From Octopus vulgaris (lineage: Eukaryota), in NCBI GenBank assembly GCA_951406725.2, contig OX597830.1, positions 1,736,001 through 1,800,000 on the forward strand: DNA of 64,000 bases, in the 5' to 3' direction. The translations under genes and the position numbers were made by a program. The notes beneath the pieces were generated by a model. That model had not been told where the DNA came from. It did not search any database and saw nothing but the letters and a program-made list of their open reading frames with translations. Shown one piece after another: positions 27,881 through 41,836 of this stretch. Position 1 is the stretch's first letter; every line of letters starts with the position of its first letter.

Positions 27881-30800
27881 TCTCTCATGTCTGGTTTAAG
27901 AAGCTGTATTCGGAATGTATTTTCAGTGATCCGATGTCTATGGTAACCGTCTATAAAGCTGTACTCGGAGTCTATGAACAGTGAATACTCAGAGCAATAC
28001 TCAGAGGATATTTGAAAACATCTACTGAGACAGTTACCATGAAGATATGTTCTATGAGGAAACATTAAAAAAATCTTCCGAATGTTTTAATATCTAAATG
28101 CCTTGTTAACAATCTTTTGATTCTTTTTACCGTCGTCGTCGTTGTTGTTGATCAACAACGTGGTGGTGGTGGTGGTGGTTATGTTTAGCCATAGCTTAGC
28201 CCTGACTGAGTAAACTTGCGCTGCACAGCATTCCAATCATGGCTGTCTTGTCATTTTAAACCACGTGATCTTATACGGCCTTCCCTTAAGTGATTGAAAA
28301 CCCGATTTTGTTGCTATATGAAATGGGCGGCATAGTAACGAAAACTCCTTTCTGATGACAAAAACAGTTGTTTTCATTATTGCTGTTGAACTACGGACCA
28401 GTCTTGATATAGGAAATCTATAATGAAATACTTTTAGTCTGAAATCATCGTATGTTTATATTTCTTTTAAGTACTGTGTGCATCTAAGTCTATTTTATTC
28501 AATATGCTTTTTCTTTGTAACAGTATGAGTTAGTATTATATCTTATCTCTTGATAACACTACAGTTAATGTACATCCCAGTATAACTTGCTTTATGGTCG
28601 GGTGTCTGGGGACTAAACTAGCAATTCCATCAAGCTGTCTTGGTGACGAGGCGAATTTGAATCACTCGACAAGACGAAAAACAAGAACTGTCAAAGGCTG
28701 AATGAACTCAGCGGGGTCAATGGCCATCTAACAAAGTGTACATACGCACATTAAATATGTTCTCATTTCATTGAGATGAAGTATGGAAGACATAAGTAAA
28801 CTTCGTATTCACAGTTTTGAAGTTGATGGCAGCATGCCATTGGATGCAACTGGTGGAGACCGCAACATAACATCATGGTTGGTGAGAAGCCATGATGTGA
28901 GATAAACATCTAGTATAATGCACCATGCCCAGGACATACATCACGTCTGATGGTGCTGTGACGTCTGGAGATCGCTTCAACAACTTCGGCAATTTCCTGA
29001 AGTTTCATGCTACCTTATGTTGACTTTATTTTGCCTCTTGTAAGAATGTGAGAGTGGACCCAATGAGCAGGTACATTACCACCTTTAAAATACCTTGCAC
29101 TAGTCTAGCATATGTGTCTAGCAAGTAACAGTGCGTGGCACATGGAGGACAGATTCCGGCAATATGTCTTCTTGGCTTTTTTGTACATTTAAAGCAATTA
29201 AATACCCCACAGTGTTAGTTTTAGGGGCGCAGATAATGTGATATAAGGGATTGGTGCAGTCGCAGTTCCCCGTCCTCCATCACGTGACTTGTTGAAATGC
29301 AGCATAATCAACCTCGGAGGGCCTCATTGATTACTGATGTATGAAACTTACTAGAACCACCAGACGGCAGTCTTTGGTAGCAGAAGTCGAGGTATCTCAC
29401 CCTTGCAAAAATGAAATACCACCAATTCCATACACCAGTTGCAAACAACGTGTAATATAGGCGGAAGCAGTTGTGATATTCTACTCACCTGCACAGATGC
29501 GGCCCCTAAGTTACCGTGTAGTTGATGCATCATTTTCATCAATCACCAATAGACACACTTCAGAAATTTAGACATTTCTGTATTCTTTTTTCTTTCTTTC
29601 TTCGCTCTGTCCTTCCTTTATTTATTTATTTATTTATTTGCCAGTTGCTACGCTATCATCAAACTTGACAAAAGAATTATCCTTTCTTGATTTCCTGATT
29701 GCAGTGGAATCGGTAAGTGATTTGATTCCCAGTCAAACAGATTTGTGTTGCATAGCATCACTGCTAAGTGTCTTTGACTATGGCTTTTAGCTGACAGGAA
29801 CCTTGTGAATAAATCTGGATAGACAGAATCCAGTTAGCATGGATTACGCATATACTTCTAGAACTCCAGCCTGGTCACACACAGGGTCATGATGACTCAT
29901 ACTAAAGATGATATCAGCTAGGGCACACATAGCTATACAATATTCAGTCACTTTCACACTAATTCAGTCAGTAATTCACTCCATCAAACAACCAAGCACT
30001 CACCATCGAAATTGACAGATATACATTATTGAGTGATTTGAGGGTAATTTAACTACTGTTTCTAGAAGGTTTAAGCAACCACGGTGGTTCTGTTATTGTC
30101 ACTGCTCCCTTGTTATTTAGCCTACATCAAGCAGAACAAAATCAAATACAATCCAGCTCTGACCCACCCGCCTGGTTTATCTACAACCACATCCCGTACA
30201 GCCTTCCCTTATTTACGTTTGGAGGGGTGAATGGAAGGAGGTTTAGCAGCTAATTTTAAGAGGCCTTATGATCGCATGTAGCGCCAGTACTACTTTGTTT
30301 TCATGGAATCAGTTAATATTGCAGTTGATATGGAAGATTTTGCTGACAGATATTAATTTCCGTGTTTTCTATATTTTGGCACCGATCTAATCAAAACAGC
30401 GAAACATGTAACCAAAATATTGGTCTTAGAACTGGGACATCGCTCAATATTGATTTGTTTTCATACAAAGATCTTCAATTGCCAATTCTGTGTTTTTTGT
30501 TGTTGTTTTTTATTTCTTGTGTTGTAATGCCAGGATAGATATTCTTTGTGCGAATCACTAGCATGATATTTTAGGTTCTTACCACTTTCTGGGTGCTTTT
30601 ACCATTCAGTCCCAGAGATTCCTATGTTTGTGTGTTTTTTAGACGAAATGTTTGATTGATATTTCTTTCACTTCGGTTCGAAACTAGAAAAGTGTGAATA
30701 AAACAAGGATACGCAAGGAAGCTTTCCCATCGTCATCATCATCATCATCATCATCATCATCACCACAGTCACTACCGCCGCTAATTCTAGACTCGCGCGC

Positions 30801-30999
30801 GCGTGGGATCATTTGAGAATTCTTCTGTTAGAGGTTCTTCCTCATTCAAACTCTCTGATGCTTCAATGTATGTCTGTGAAGTCCCTTATTCTTCATGACA
30901 ACACAGACATTGTGGAATTGGTATTTTATGACACGATCACAGCAATACCAATTCCGAGAAGGTGTTTGGCCTGTATTTTAATTATTGGTCCTGGAATCT

Positions 31000-31180
31000 A
31001 TGTTGTTATGTAGCCCAAGGCTGCCCTTCATTCGGCACACCTTTGATCATTCCCTTTCTACAGTGACATCCCATGATCGTTTTGTTTGATATTTAATATT
31101 TTTGGCGGTGGGAAGTAATTTAATAGATATTTGGTTGCTGTTTTTAATATATCGAGAGACCACGTAGAGACTCTCTTGTT
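31000..31180. mobile_element. Old dispersed SINE-like repeat (family E); related decayed copies near 5010-5210, 8100-8250, 28180-28330, 30030-30290, 51090, 52330 and 58960-59125
   Basis: Recurring motifs GTT..TAGCCC.AGG...CCCT and ATTTGG(C/T)TGCT(A/G)TTTCTA...GACCAC(G)TAGAG, found on both strands. Confidence 0.55.
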
Positions 31181-31949
31181 ATTGGTAACTTAGACAATAG
31201 AAAACTGCTTGCAATGCATACATTCATTTATATTTGGTTGGTTATTAGGAAGTTCAAAAGCTTCTAACTGGTGGTGATCATAGAGATGTTTCATTTTCTT
31301 TAGAAATCGTCGGCATGATATAACGTGTGCTTTATTTGTTTAAACATTTTATAAAGCGAGACATTTAATTTTAGATGAGAAATAAATATATTTTAAAGGA
31401 ATTCCATGGAATGTATTCCTTTTTCTTTTTTTTTCATTGTTTATATACAAGGTAATTGTTTCCAAGAAATTTTACCTTATATAAATGTCTTATAGTAGCT
31501 CGTATTTTCAGCTCCAACCAAATAAACGGTTAATTTAATATAAACAATAGGATCTACATTAAACCAAATGTTAAGAAAACGGTAGAATTAAATCCAAATG
31601 CATTCATTTCTGAAGCATTTGTCAATCAGAAGTCTCATCGGAATAAGCCGACGTTTCTTCGCACTTATCAACAAAACATTTCTGAAAGACGACTCTGCTA
31701 AGTTTATCTTTGTGCTTTGTCCATCCAACATTGATAAGCAGAAGCCTTAACAATCTAGCAAAATGAAAGAAGGAAGTTAAAAAGGAAGAATATAAGATTA
31801 CTAAACTCTCTCAATTGAATCTGAAGAGTAGAAAAATGGTACTTATCAAAATGTTGGAAATGAATGCAATTTACGCTTTTCAAAGAGAAACATTTTGTCA
31901 AGTTTATCTTCATTATCTTCTTTAAATTTTGATCAATAATGTGTGCATG

Positions 31950-32026
31950 TCTGGCTTCATGCATAGATATATATTTATGTATATATGTAGGCATATGAGT
32001 GTGTTCGTGTGTGTACCTTTGAGTGC

Positions 32027-32062
<36 letters not shown>

Positions 32063-32195
32063 GTATTTATATATACATACATATATGTATGTACATATAT
32101 ATATATATATATATGTATGTATATATACGTGTGTGTGTGTGCACGCGCATGCATTTGTGTATAAAAATATGTCAATAGATATATTCATATATATA

Positions 32196-32263
<68 letters not shown>

Positions 32264-32293
32264 AGTTATACACACACATATATATATATATAT
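31950..32293. repeat. Compound (TA)/(TG) microsatellite field
   Basis: Direct reading. Confidence 0.9.
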
Positions 32294-32608
32294 CTTAAAC
32301 CTCGTTGTCTCAGTTATATCTCACATACTGTATTTGTCATACCCATACACATTTACAAGTATATATTCTTTAAATGACTTAATTAGATATTCTCTGAGTT
32401 TATCTTCGTAGTGCCTGGTGAGATTTTTGAGAATTAACACGCCATAATCTCTCTAAAAGTCACCTTGAATAAAATTAATTATAACAGTTAGGATTTCAGA
32501 TACACAACCTTAACTGAATTTTAAAGATAGTTAGAGTCCTTTACTATTATACAAACAGAAAATTTCCTTAATTTACTTTCTCAGCCGTATTTTATTATTC
32601 ATCGCATA

Positions 32609-32824
32609 CAAAGGCGGCGAGCTGGTTGAATCGTTAGCACGCTGGATGAAATGCTAAGCGGTTTTTCTCCCATCGCTACGTTCCGAGTTCAAATTCCGCC
32701 GAGGTCGACTTTGCTTTTCGTCCTTTCGCGGTCGATAAATCAAGTACCAGTGAAACACTGTGGTCAATATAATCGACTAGTCCCATACCCCGAAATTTCA
32801 AGCCTTGTGCTTATAGTAGAAAGG
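32609..32824 (+). mobile_element. SINE family A, alternative 3' tail, with TSD
   Basis: AAGGCGGCGAGCTGG head; TSD ATTATTCATCG(C/G)ATA at 32594-32608 and 32825-32839; tail ...CCTTGTGCTTATAGTAGAAAGG differs from the 7234 and 17916 copies. Confidence 0.9.
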
Positions 32825-35173
32825 ATTATTCATCGGATAGAATCACAAAGTGCCATGTGTTGAGATTTAGTCATATGCCATTTCTTCTAATGGGAAGGTT
32901 GCTTAGAAAGTCTTGAATAGTTTAACAACGGAGGTTCGGTTAGGGAAAGGTACCGTTTATAACTGGTATTTTAGTATTTCAACGTTATCGTTTTGGATTT
33001 TGTCGATTTATTCATGAACGTGTTTGTTAATATTTCTTAATTCCCTTTTCATAAAATTAATGAATGAGGCTGTTGCGTTCATTAAGTTTATTGCGTGGTT
33101 CTTAAGAGTGAGGTGCGTTTTAAAGTCTCATAATTTTTCTCCATCATCGACATTTCGATTGGCAGCCATGTCTTCGTGTTACAGTTAATGGGATATAATA
33201 TATTATTAGAAGTGTTTTGTTGTAATTGTTAGTAATACTGTTGGTTAGTATATTGTTATATGAATCATATTTCCATTCATACATATGTTGCATTTTATTG
33301 GCGTTCTTCAATATGTTGTTTGAACCGTGAATAATTCTCACGTTCGTCTCAGTTTTTATTGGAAGATATTGTTGATATCACGTTTCAGGAATGCTGGTAG
33401 AAAATGTCGATTGTGATATTTAACTTGTTGATGTCTTCGTATAAATGGTTGTCTCTCATTCCAGTTGTACCGACCGTAATTGGATGATAGAAATATTTCT
33501 TGTATCCTATGCCATCTTTAATTCAGTACCTAAATTAGTTTAATGCCTGACTTTTACATGTTATTTCTGCCAATCTTATTGTTGTCAGATATTGCTCTAC
33601 CGATTATCAATTCATGATTGTCACCGATTCTTACTTGATACATGCTGGTCAGTCTCTATGTCAAAATTCCATTAGATCTTTACTTCATAATTTACTAACA
33701 AAATTTTAAAATGTTATGGCTACGATAATTGTCTTTATTTAATGATTTGAACCCCGGTTTATAAATTTCTTGTACATAAATACATCCATACATCCATACA
33801 TATATACATAAATATATCACACATGCTTTATATAGTGTATCTCTACGTATCTTTATATTTATATAGTTGGAGCTGCTAATACTGAGCATTCGAACACACT
33901 AATGATACACTATCAACAAAATATGGCACATACTTAATATTTATCATTCATATTGTATGCTTTCTGTTGCCCTTCTATTGTTTTTATTTCTGTAGCTCCA
34001 TGTCATTCCAGTTTAATAGATCTATATTCTAATATGATCAAGCCATGACCATTTTGCATGTTTGTTTCGCCGAATCACATATGTGGTCAAAGTCGTTCCA
34101 CTCATGACCATCGCATATGTTATTCGAGCATGATATAATTGAGGTTGTATTATCCAATACATATTTTGTTTGTTGCCACAGAAAAGTTTTTGGGAGAGAC
34201 TTTGCTGCCATTTCTTTGTGCTTAAAACCATCCATCATAGAACTTTTGTTAGCTTGCGTTACAATATTTTACTTCCTGGCGTGACAACAGTTACTGTAAG
34301 GTTGTCATCTCGAGATTAAATAAGTTAAATATTATGGTTTGGAAAGAACATTCTTAGAAAGTGTGAAATGTCTATTCCAAGCAATGTTCATGTGTGAGAA
34401 TATGGTATCCAATTAGGAATAGAATGGAATAGTTGTGACATATCTGTAAATGATATAGAAATGCAGGGATTTTGCAGTGTCAGTACGGAAGAATTATTCC
34501 CTTTGAATATAATTCCATCAATAAATTCCGGAGAAACAGTCTATATTTCCAAAAATTTACAATTTAAATCTGGCACTAAATCTGCTTAAAATTTTATGGG
34601 AATGTTACGATTTTTTTCTGGCCGTGCATATCAGCAATGTCATCACCGTTGTCATAACTGCTATAATAAAACCACCTCGTGTATTTAACGATGACAGCAC
34701 GTGTCAAAATGTTTCATCGATGCAAAATGCAAAGAGAACGAAGCATCAAGGCTTAAATATTCTTTATTTATTTCGAAATAATTTGAATAGCGACGTTGAA
34801 AGCAAAACTGTCATAGGTAACGGAATTAATGTTTTCTCTTGCAGGTAAATTTTTGCTGCTGTCAGAGCATTTATAAGTGGCAGTAAGAGGGCTGAAGAAT
34901 TCTCTTCCATTAATGAACTGGAGTGATTTCCGACAAACGAATTCTCTACAAGGATCTCCATGGAATATTTATTCAAAAGGAGAATATTTATTCTTCAAAG
35001 TCACATTTATTTCGAATAAGTAACAAAAATGATATTCAATTTTAAATAAACTATGATTGCATCAAGGTAAATCACTCTCCACAAGTTTATATTGATATAA
35101 AATTTAATACGTACGCATGCACACACACATGTGAGCGTGTGTATGTGTGTGTGCCTGTATGTCTGTGTGTGTG

Positions 35174-35206
<33 letters not shown>

Positions 35207-35215
35207 ATGTATATG

Positions 35216-35289
<74 letters not shown>

Positions 35290-35887
35290 CTGTCGAAGCT
35301 TCAAATCCTGATGGGTTTGTACAGGAGACACCATGCTTTGGTGCTTGGTGGAGCCTATCTCTCTCCAGAAATGATATAGATACTTTCTTCCAAAGAGATC
35401 GTGAGGGAGATGCAGCTGCTGCTGCTATAACCACGATTAATGAACAGTGAACAATAATCCTTTTGCCCTTATACATTTCCATATCCTTTCTTCTCCTGTG
35501 AAGTTAATAGTAATTTAATTTAATGTAAAATTCAAAAGATTGTAACTGATTCGGACTAAATGTGTCTTGCGAGGGTGAGATTGTTGCATACGAAGATTAA
35601 GGACTCTAAGTTTAAAAACCAAGAAAAGAAGAGAAAAGTTATCTAAATGAATGCATAAATGTAATTTTTATATCATTCACTAACGAAAATCATTATCAGA
35701 ATAAGTATAAACAAAAATATCCCCAAGTTACGCGGAGAGAAAAATATGTTAAGTTCTCTAAGCAAGTTCCATGCATGGAATAACTAGAAAAGAAATACTG
35801 CAAACATGAACAAGGGTAATACTTGGGTGAAAAACCTAAACAATATGCTAAAGAAAATATGTTTGGTATATTCTACACAAACCATAG

Positions 35888-36107
35888 TCTCTTTTACTTG
35901 TTTCAGTCATTTGACTGCGGCCATGCTGGAGCACCGCCTTTATAGTCGAGTAAATCGACCAAGAGCTTGTTCTTGGTAAGCCTAGTATTGATTCGATCTG
36001 TCTCTTTTGCCGAACCGCTAAGTTACGGGGACGTAACCACACCAGCATCGGTTGTCAAGCGATGCTGGGGGGACAAACATACACACAAACATACACACAC
36101 ACACACG

Positions 36108-36205
<98 letters not shown>

Positions 36206-36352
36206 TTTCTGTCTACCAAATCCACTCACAAGGCTTTGGTCGGCCCGAGACTATAGTAGAAGACACTTGCCCAAGTTGCCACGCAGTGTGACTGAACCCG
36301 AGACCATGTGGTTGATAAGCAAGCTACTTACCACACAGCCAAACCTGCGCCT
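35888..36352 (-). mobile_element. SINE family C (tRNA head, CORE-like motif, internal (TA)/(TG) microsatellite, GTAAAAGA tail)
   Basis: Minus: AGGCGCAGG..TGGCTGTGTGGTAAG...GGGTTCAGTC...CTTGGGCAAGTGTCTTCT (CORE-like)...[TA/TG]n...GCTCCAGCATGGCCGCAGTCAAATGACTGAAACAAGTAAAAGAG. Near-identical copy at 61865-62291. Confidence 0.9.
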
Positions 36353-37734
36353 TTTTTCACACTAATTTCCCTTCATGGAACGTGAGAATCAGAGTGAAGA
36401 ATTAGAGCTAGGCTTTGTTTAAAATTTTAAAAAATGCTGTGATGTTTAATAAACATTTAAAAAAAACTTACAATAAATTCTAGGCTCCGTAAATAAGCAT
36501 AGATTTCTTAGCTGCCAAGGAGGAGGGAGATGGAGTCAACCAATCAATTAGTTTCGACTTTCATTAAAGCTACAGTCAGGATTTTCTTACTAGCCACCAC
36601 CAACACCACCAACAACACCAGCACAGCTTATTGAGAGACACTAACGATTATTATTTATGCGGAAAATGTAAGCGTGATCAAACCACGACAATTCTTGAAG
36701 ATAAGCCATGATTATACAATAGGGATTGATAAGTGATATCAATAACCATAAAGACAACTCAAATAAATTAGAAATATTAAAGAAGCTCCACTGAACAGAG
36801 TTCAGTGTTTTCCAGCCAATCACCTTTCTCTATTTCTTTGTTCAATAATTTTATCATTTAGATAGTATTTTTTGCCTTCTTAATAAAAATTTTAGTCTTC
36901 AGTGTCTTCAATATTTCTTTCCTTTATCATTTTAACTTTTGTGATCAACAAATTTCCAATAAATGTTCAATTTTTATAGACGTTTGTCTCCAGTTCTATT
37001 GAAAGAATTAATGAAAAAAAATGCCCATGTATCGTTATTAAATGGATTTTTCAAACATTATGATCAGCAGCTGAAAATCGCATAAATGATGCCAATTATT
37101 GAAAATATTACTCTTTCAAAGTGCCATTCAGGTGATCTTATGATATAATAGGAGTCTATAAATTTCATTTTTGTTTAGCAATAATTATTTTTAGCTATAA
37201 CGTTAGTAAACTAAAACGGTGTGATAATAATAGTTTGGTCCATTAACCCCAACTTTTAGATTTATATTTAAACAACATTTTTGCTAAAACATAGTGTAAA
37301 TAAAAAAATACATTCCACATTACGTTAACAGTCCAATTAATATTTACTATTATAATAATATAGAAACATTTTCGCAACAAAGACCTCAGTAAATAATAGC
37401 TGTTCTCACATAATTGAAATTAAGACAAACATGAATTTTATTGGTTTGAAAAGCCTCAACATTTCTCTAACGAGAGTCCACAGAGAATTATTCTTGAATA
37501 AATAGAAGTTGCAGATTCCTTCTTTTTAGTGGTTTTTATTTTTTTCAGTTTTTCTTTTGCAAGTTATCGTCCAAATAATGATTTTCCTGTGTCATTTATT
37601 ATTGCAGCATTGTGGGGGACCATTACAAGACATAATCTGGGTGGAAACCTAACGTGTGTGTATGTATATGTGTGTGCGTGCGTGTGTGTATACATTTGTA
37701 TGTCCATAGAAATATGTATCCATTTACGTGTTTG

Positions 37735-38095
<361 letters not shown>

Positions 38096-39054
38096 GCAAT
38101 TGACTCGCACCCATATTAAAGTTTTGTGAGTATCATCATGAAATGTTTGAAGCCAGATTGAAAAACGCTTGAGAGAATTATTTTAAAATGTCTTTAGATT
38201 GGAATATTTTGGGTTCTGTTATTTTGTTCAGATCTAAGATAGCCAAGATGTTCTATAAGCTGTCTCAGTGGTATCAGTTCCTTCATTAAAAGCCCCTCCA
38301 CCCTCTCAACGTATGTTAGAAAGAATATTGCTATCGGTTAGGTGGCATTCCGCAGGCTGTAGCATATTAGCGACATCAGATCTTTTATTGGCGGTTGGAA
38401 AGCGTTCTGTAGAGGGTGATGCTTTAGCAGCAATAGTTATCACATGAGGAGGTAACCGATTTGCTGGTGCCAGGTTGCATAGGATTTTGCGTAACCAGCT
38501 GTACGGACAACACGAACCAATATATCTCACGTATTGAGTATTGGCCAACTTGATCTAGCGTGGTATATCCGACTTTTCATTGACCAAATGAGATGAAGTA
38601 TTTTGATAGAATAGCAACAATAGAAGTCAGTTTTCCGCATGTCCGGTCGCTCACAGAAATGACCTCAGCAGTTGCCAGCTCCGGGTAAGTAAGGATGAAC
38701 TGTATCAAGGATGCTTGTGATGTTGAAGAAGTTATTTCTGTGTCCTCGTTGTCCACAGCTAAAGTAAGGTAGGACATTGTTTTTTTTTCTTTCCCTTGTA
38801 TCCGAAGGCTTGCATGTGTGGCAGGTATCTAACCTTTAAAATCAGTGGCTACCATATTCGTATGGTGTCTTGAGATGCCATTGGATAGCAGCGTAATGGA
38901 GGTTCTATAGACAACAGCTTTTTGAATAAAAGGATCCTCCCAAAACGATCGTTGATAAAAACACAAATGTCTCCAAAATGAAATGACACGTCTATATCTA
39001 ACATTTTCTCAGTGAGAGTAAATCCTCTTCCTCCTCCTCTCTTCTTCCTCCTCC

Positions 39055-39220
39055 TCATCATCATCTAACGTCTCTTTCCCATGCTAGTATGTGTCGGACG
39101 GTTTGACAGGAGCAAGCAAGGCTAGGAGGCATACCAGGTTCCATAGTCTGTTTTGGCGTGGTTTCTATTGCTGGCTGCCCTTCCAAACGCCAACCACTTT
39201 ACTGAGTGTGGACTGGGTAA
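39055..39220 (-). mobile_element. RTE-type LINE 3' end fragment
   Basis: Reverse complement of GTGGTTGGCGTT.GGAAGGGCA.CCAGC...GTCAAACCGTCC..CATACTAGCATGG...GACGTTAGATGATGATGA. Confidence 0.8.
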
Positions 39221-39711
39221 TTTACGTGGTGTGAGTGCATATGCTTTTTATGAGGCCCCGATTTTCAAAGAATTTCAGGATGAGGCTTATATAGAAGAGA
39301 GACGAAACGAATATCTTGACCATTGAGCAACCAGACATATTTCTCTTGTGAAACACTGAACCTTGCATGTAAGGGTTTTTTTTTACTGATTTGCTTCCTG
39401 CAAGCGACATAAACAAATGCGTTTTATTCACCCACCAAGAATCATATGAGAGGTTCTCTCGCGGTAACTACAGCAGTATTATGTGTTCTAACATAATATC
39501 TATTTTTAAATGGTGATAAATACTACCTTTTCGTACTAATGCTGCTTCTAAGTATTCTTTTATTTGCTTCACCTGTTAGACTGTGGCCATGATGGAGCAC
39601 TGCGTTGAAGGGTTGAGTTAGTCAAATTGACAGCAATAGTTATTTCAAGTCTGATATACACACACACGCATATGTATATAAGCATGTGTGTATATATATG
39701 TATATATATAC

Positions 39712-40757
39712 ACCAAGAAGTTATTAAAGAATATTACCTTAAAAAGAATAGACAGGCCACATTTAATCTAACATAAATCTCTAAATCTTAAAAACTATAA
39801 AACAAATCCAGTTATAGCTAGATTTAAAAGTGTAACAAATTTCTAGTTATCATCTCCACTTGAATTCAACCTCTCAAATATTATTAGTCTTAGAGAATTT
39901 TTCAGTATTTTATTTAGATTATTCCCATAATACTTAGTGTATGACAGAGGGAGGAGCCATTTACACAGGAATGAGGAGGAGTAAACATTATGTCGATAAG
40001 TGTTCTTTTGTAAATTTTTTTACTGGACTTTTTTACTAAATTTATAACAAAAAAGTGGCTTTTACTAATAATATTTTTAAATACTATTAACTTACGTTTG
40101 ACATAAAAAATGGTAATTTATACTTGTTAGATAGGGATGACACTAAATTATTAATTCCCGTAATGTTTATATAGATAGGTTGTAGGATTTGATGTGTTTA
40201 TGATATAGTCATTGAGGGTTTCCTTAGGTTTAGCATTATATATATATAATCGGTATTGTAATTTTAGGTGTTTAATTTTCAATCTTTTAAATTTTGTTTT
40301 AATTTATGTAATTTTCTAATTTTTAAAAATATATTTCTAATTTATATATTTTTATTCATATTTTTATTCATATTATCATCAGATGGTCATATCAGATGAT
40401 CTATTTAAGATGACTTATAATATGTATTTTTAACCTTGATCCATTAATAATTATAACAATAAGATAAATAGCCTGAGGACGCATTGGTAGATTTATTATT
40501 AGCTATAGCTTTTATAAACATCCCACCAGTGCAGAAACACGTGTAGCATTGATTAAAAATATCTTTTTTCCCCACAGACTAATAACAAGTAAGTTAGATT
40601 TTTCAAATAAATTCATCGTATTTTATAGTAGGCTTTTTTAAATGCTTATATTATTTTATTCCTATTATTTTATTGGATATAACTTTCTATGTGTATTCCA
40701 TACAATAAGGTTATCCTGAAAGAGAAGTTGCGGTTCTATTGGTAAAATCCCAAACTT

Positions 40758-40760
<3 letters not shown>
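39712..40760. mobile_element. Decayed Penelope-like element fragment between microsatellites
   Basis: About 1 kb of very AT-rich sequence bounded by (TA)n and (AAT)n, carrying an intact HHR; no readable ORF. Confidence 0.45.
40467..40550 (+). ncRNA. Type I hammerhead ribozyme motif, long stem II
   Basis: AAT(A)GC-CTGAGGA-C-GCATTGGT...ACCAGTGC-A-GAAAC-ACGT-GTA-GCATT; perfect palindromic stem III ACACGTGT; GUA site. Confidence 0.85.
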
Positions 40761-40798
<38 letters not shown>

Positions 40799-40801
40799 TA
40801 T

Positions 40802-40836
<35 letters not shown>

Positions 40837-40840
40837 GTAT

Positions 40841-41264
40841 AAGACCCGGCAACCAAAGTATGATTGCAGCCATGACCGATGCCAGTGTTGTATGACCGGC
40901 CCATTTACGAGCATCCTTGTGCGTCGGGTGATATGATATGCTTCAAAAGACCTGTTGAGTCAAGTAAAATCAAAATCGCGGCTGTGGCCAGTGTCCCCTG
41001 ACTGGTTCCTGTGCCGGTGGCACGTAAAAAGCACCATCCGAACGTATTCGATGCCAAGCACGCCTCACTGCCTCCTATACTGATGGCACGTAAAAAGCAT
41101 CCACTACACTCTCGGAGTGGTTGGCGTTAGGAAGGGCATCCAGCTTTAGAAACATTGCCAGATCAGACTGGAATCTGGTGCAGCCGCCGGCTCTACAGAC
41201 GTCAGTCAAACAGTTCAATACATTCCAGCATGGCAAATGGGCGTTAAACGATGATGATGATGAT
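40841..41264 (+). mobile_element. RTE-type LINE 3' UTR, 5'-truncated, (GAT)n tail, inserted in (TA)n
   Basis: Repeated GGCACGTAAAAAGCA(C/T)C motif, GAGTGGTTGGCGTTAGGAAGGGCATCCAGC, ends CGTTAAACGATGATGATGATGAT; homologous to 45884-46486. Confidence 0.85.
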
Positions 41265-41359
41265 ATATATATATATATTAGAGGGAATAAGGTACTCAGA
41301 AATCTAGATGCTTTTATATGAACAGATTTTTATTTATATGTTACATGTTTTTATAACTC

Positions 41360-41405
41360 ATACATTAGCGCTTGCATCCACTCTAGTGGATTCTTCGGAT
41401 TGAAT
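41360..41405 (-). ncRNA. Type I hammerhead motif, variant core
   Basis: Minus: attcaat-CCGAAGA-ATCCAC-taga-GTGGAT-GCAAG-CG-CTA-atgtat; perfect 6-bp stem II, palindromic AGCGCT stem III; GAAA->GCAA and U4C changes. Confidence 0.72.
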
Positions 41406-41588
41406 TTTTCAGGAGATTTGTCTCTTTTTATAGTATTATTGAGTGTATATGGGTGGAGAGAGATATAGGATAGTAAAAGAGTGTAAGGAATGGGGAGAAA
41501 GTGTGAGTGTGTTTTGTATCTGAAAGAAGTGTCAATGGAAAAGAGAATGAAAGGAAGAAGGAAGAGAGAAAGAATAAAAATGTGTTTA

Positions 41589-41629
<41 letters not shown>

Positions 41630-41836
41630 CGAAGAACAAGAAGGTTAAAAGTCCAGACAGCTTTCATCAAAAAAGCACTCAGTTCTCAGTTTTAAACGAA
41701 TTCAGTTAACTGTACTAAACAATCAGACATCAATAAATGCTTGTAGAATACCCATCCAAAATAATTCCTCATGTACGACAAGAAGATCCAAATATCATTT
41801 ACAAGAATTTCAAGAAATTCAGTGATATTAGACAGA

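Noticed and set aside
32880-34330. Possible decayed LINE coding sequence on minus
   Set aside because: A-rich minus strand and short ORFs, but no RT or endonuclease motif that I could recognise.
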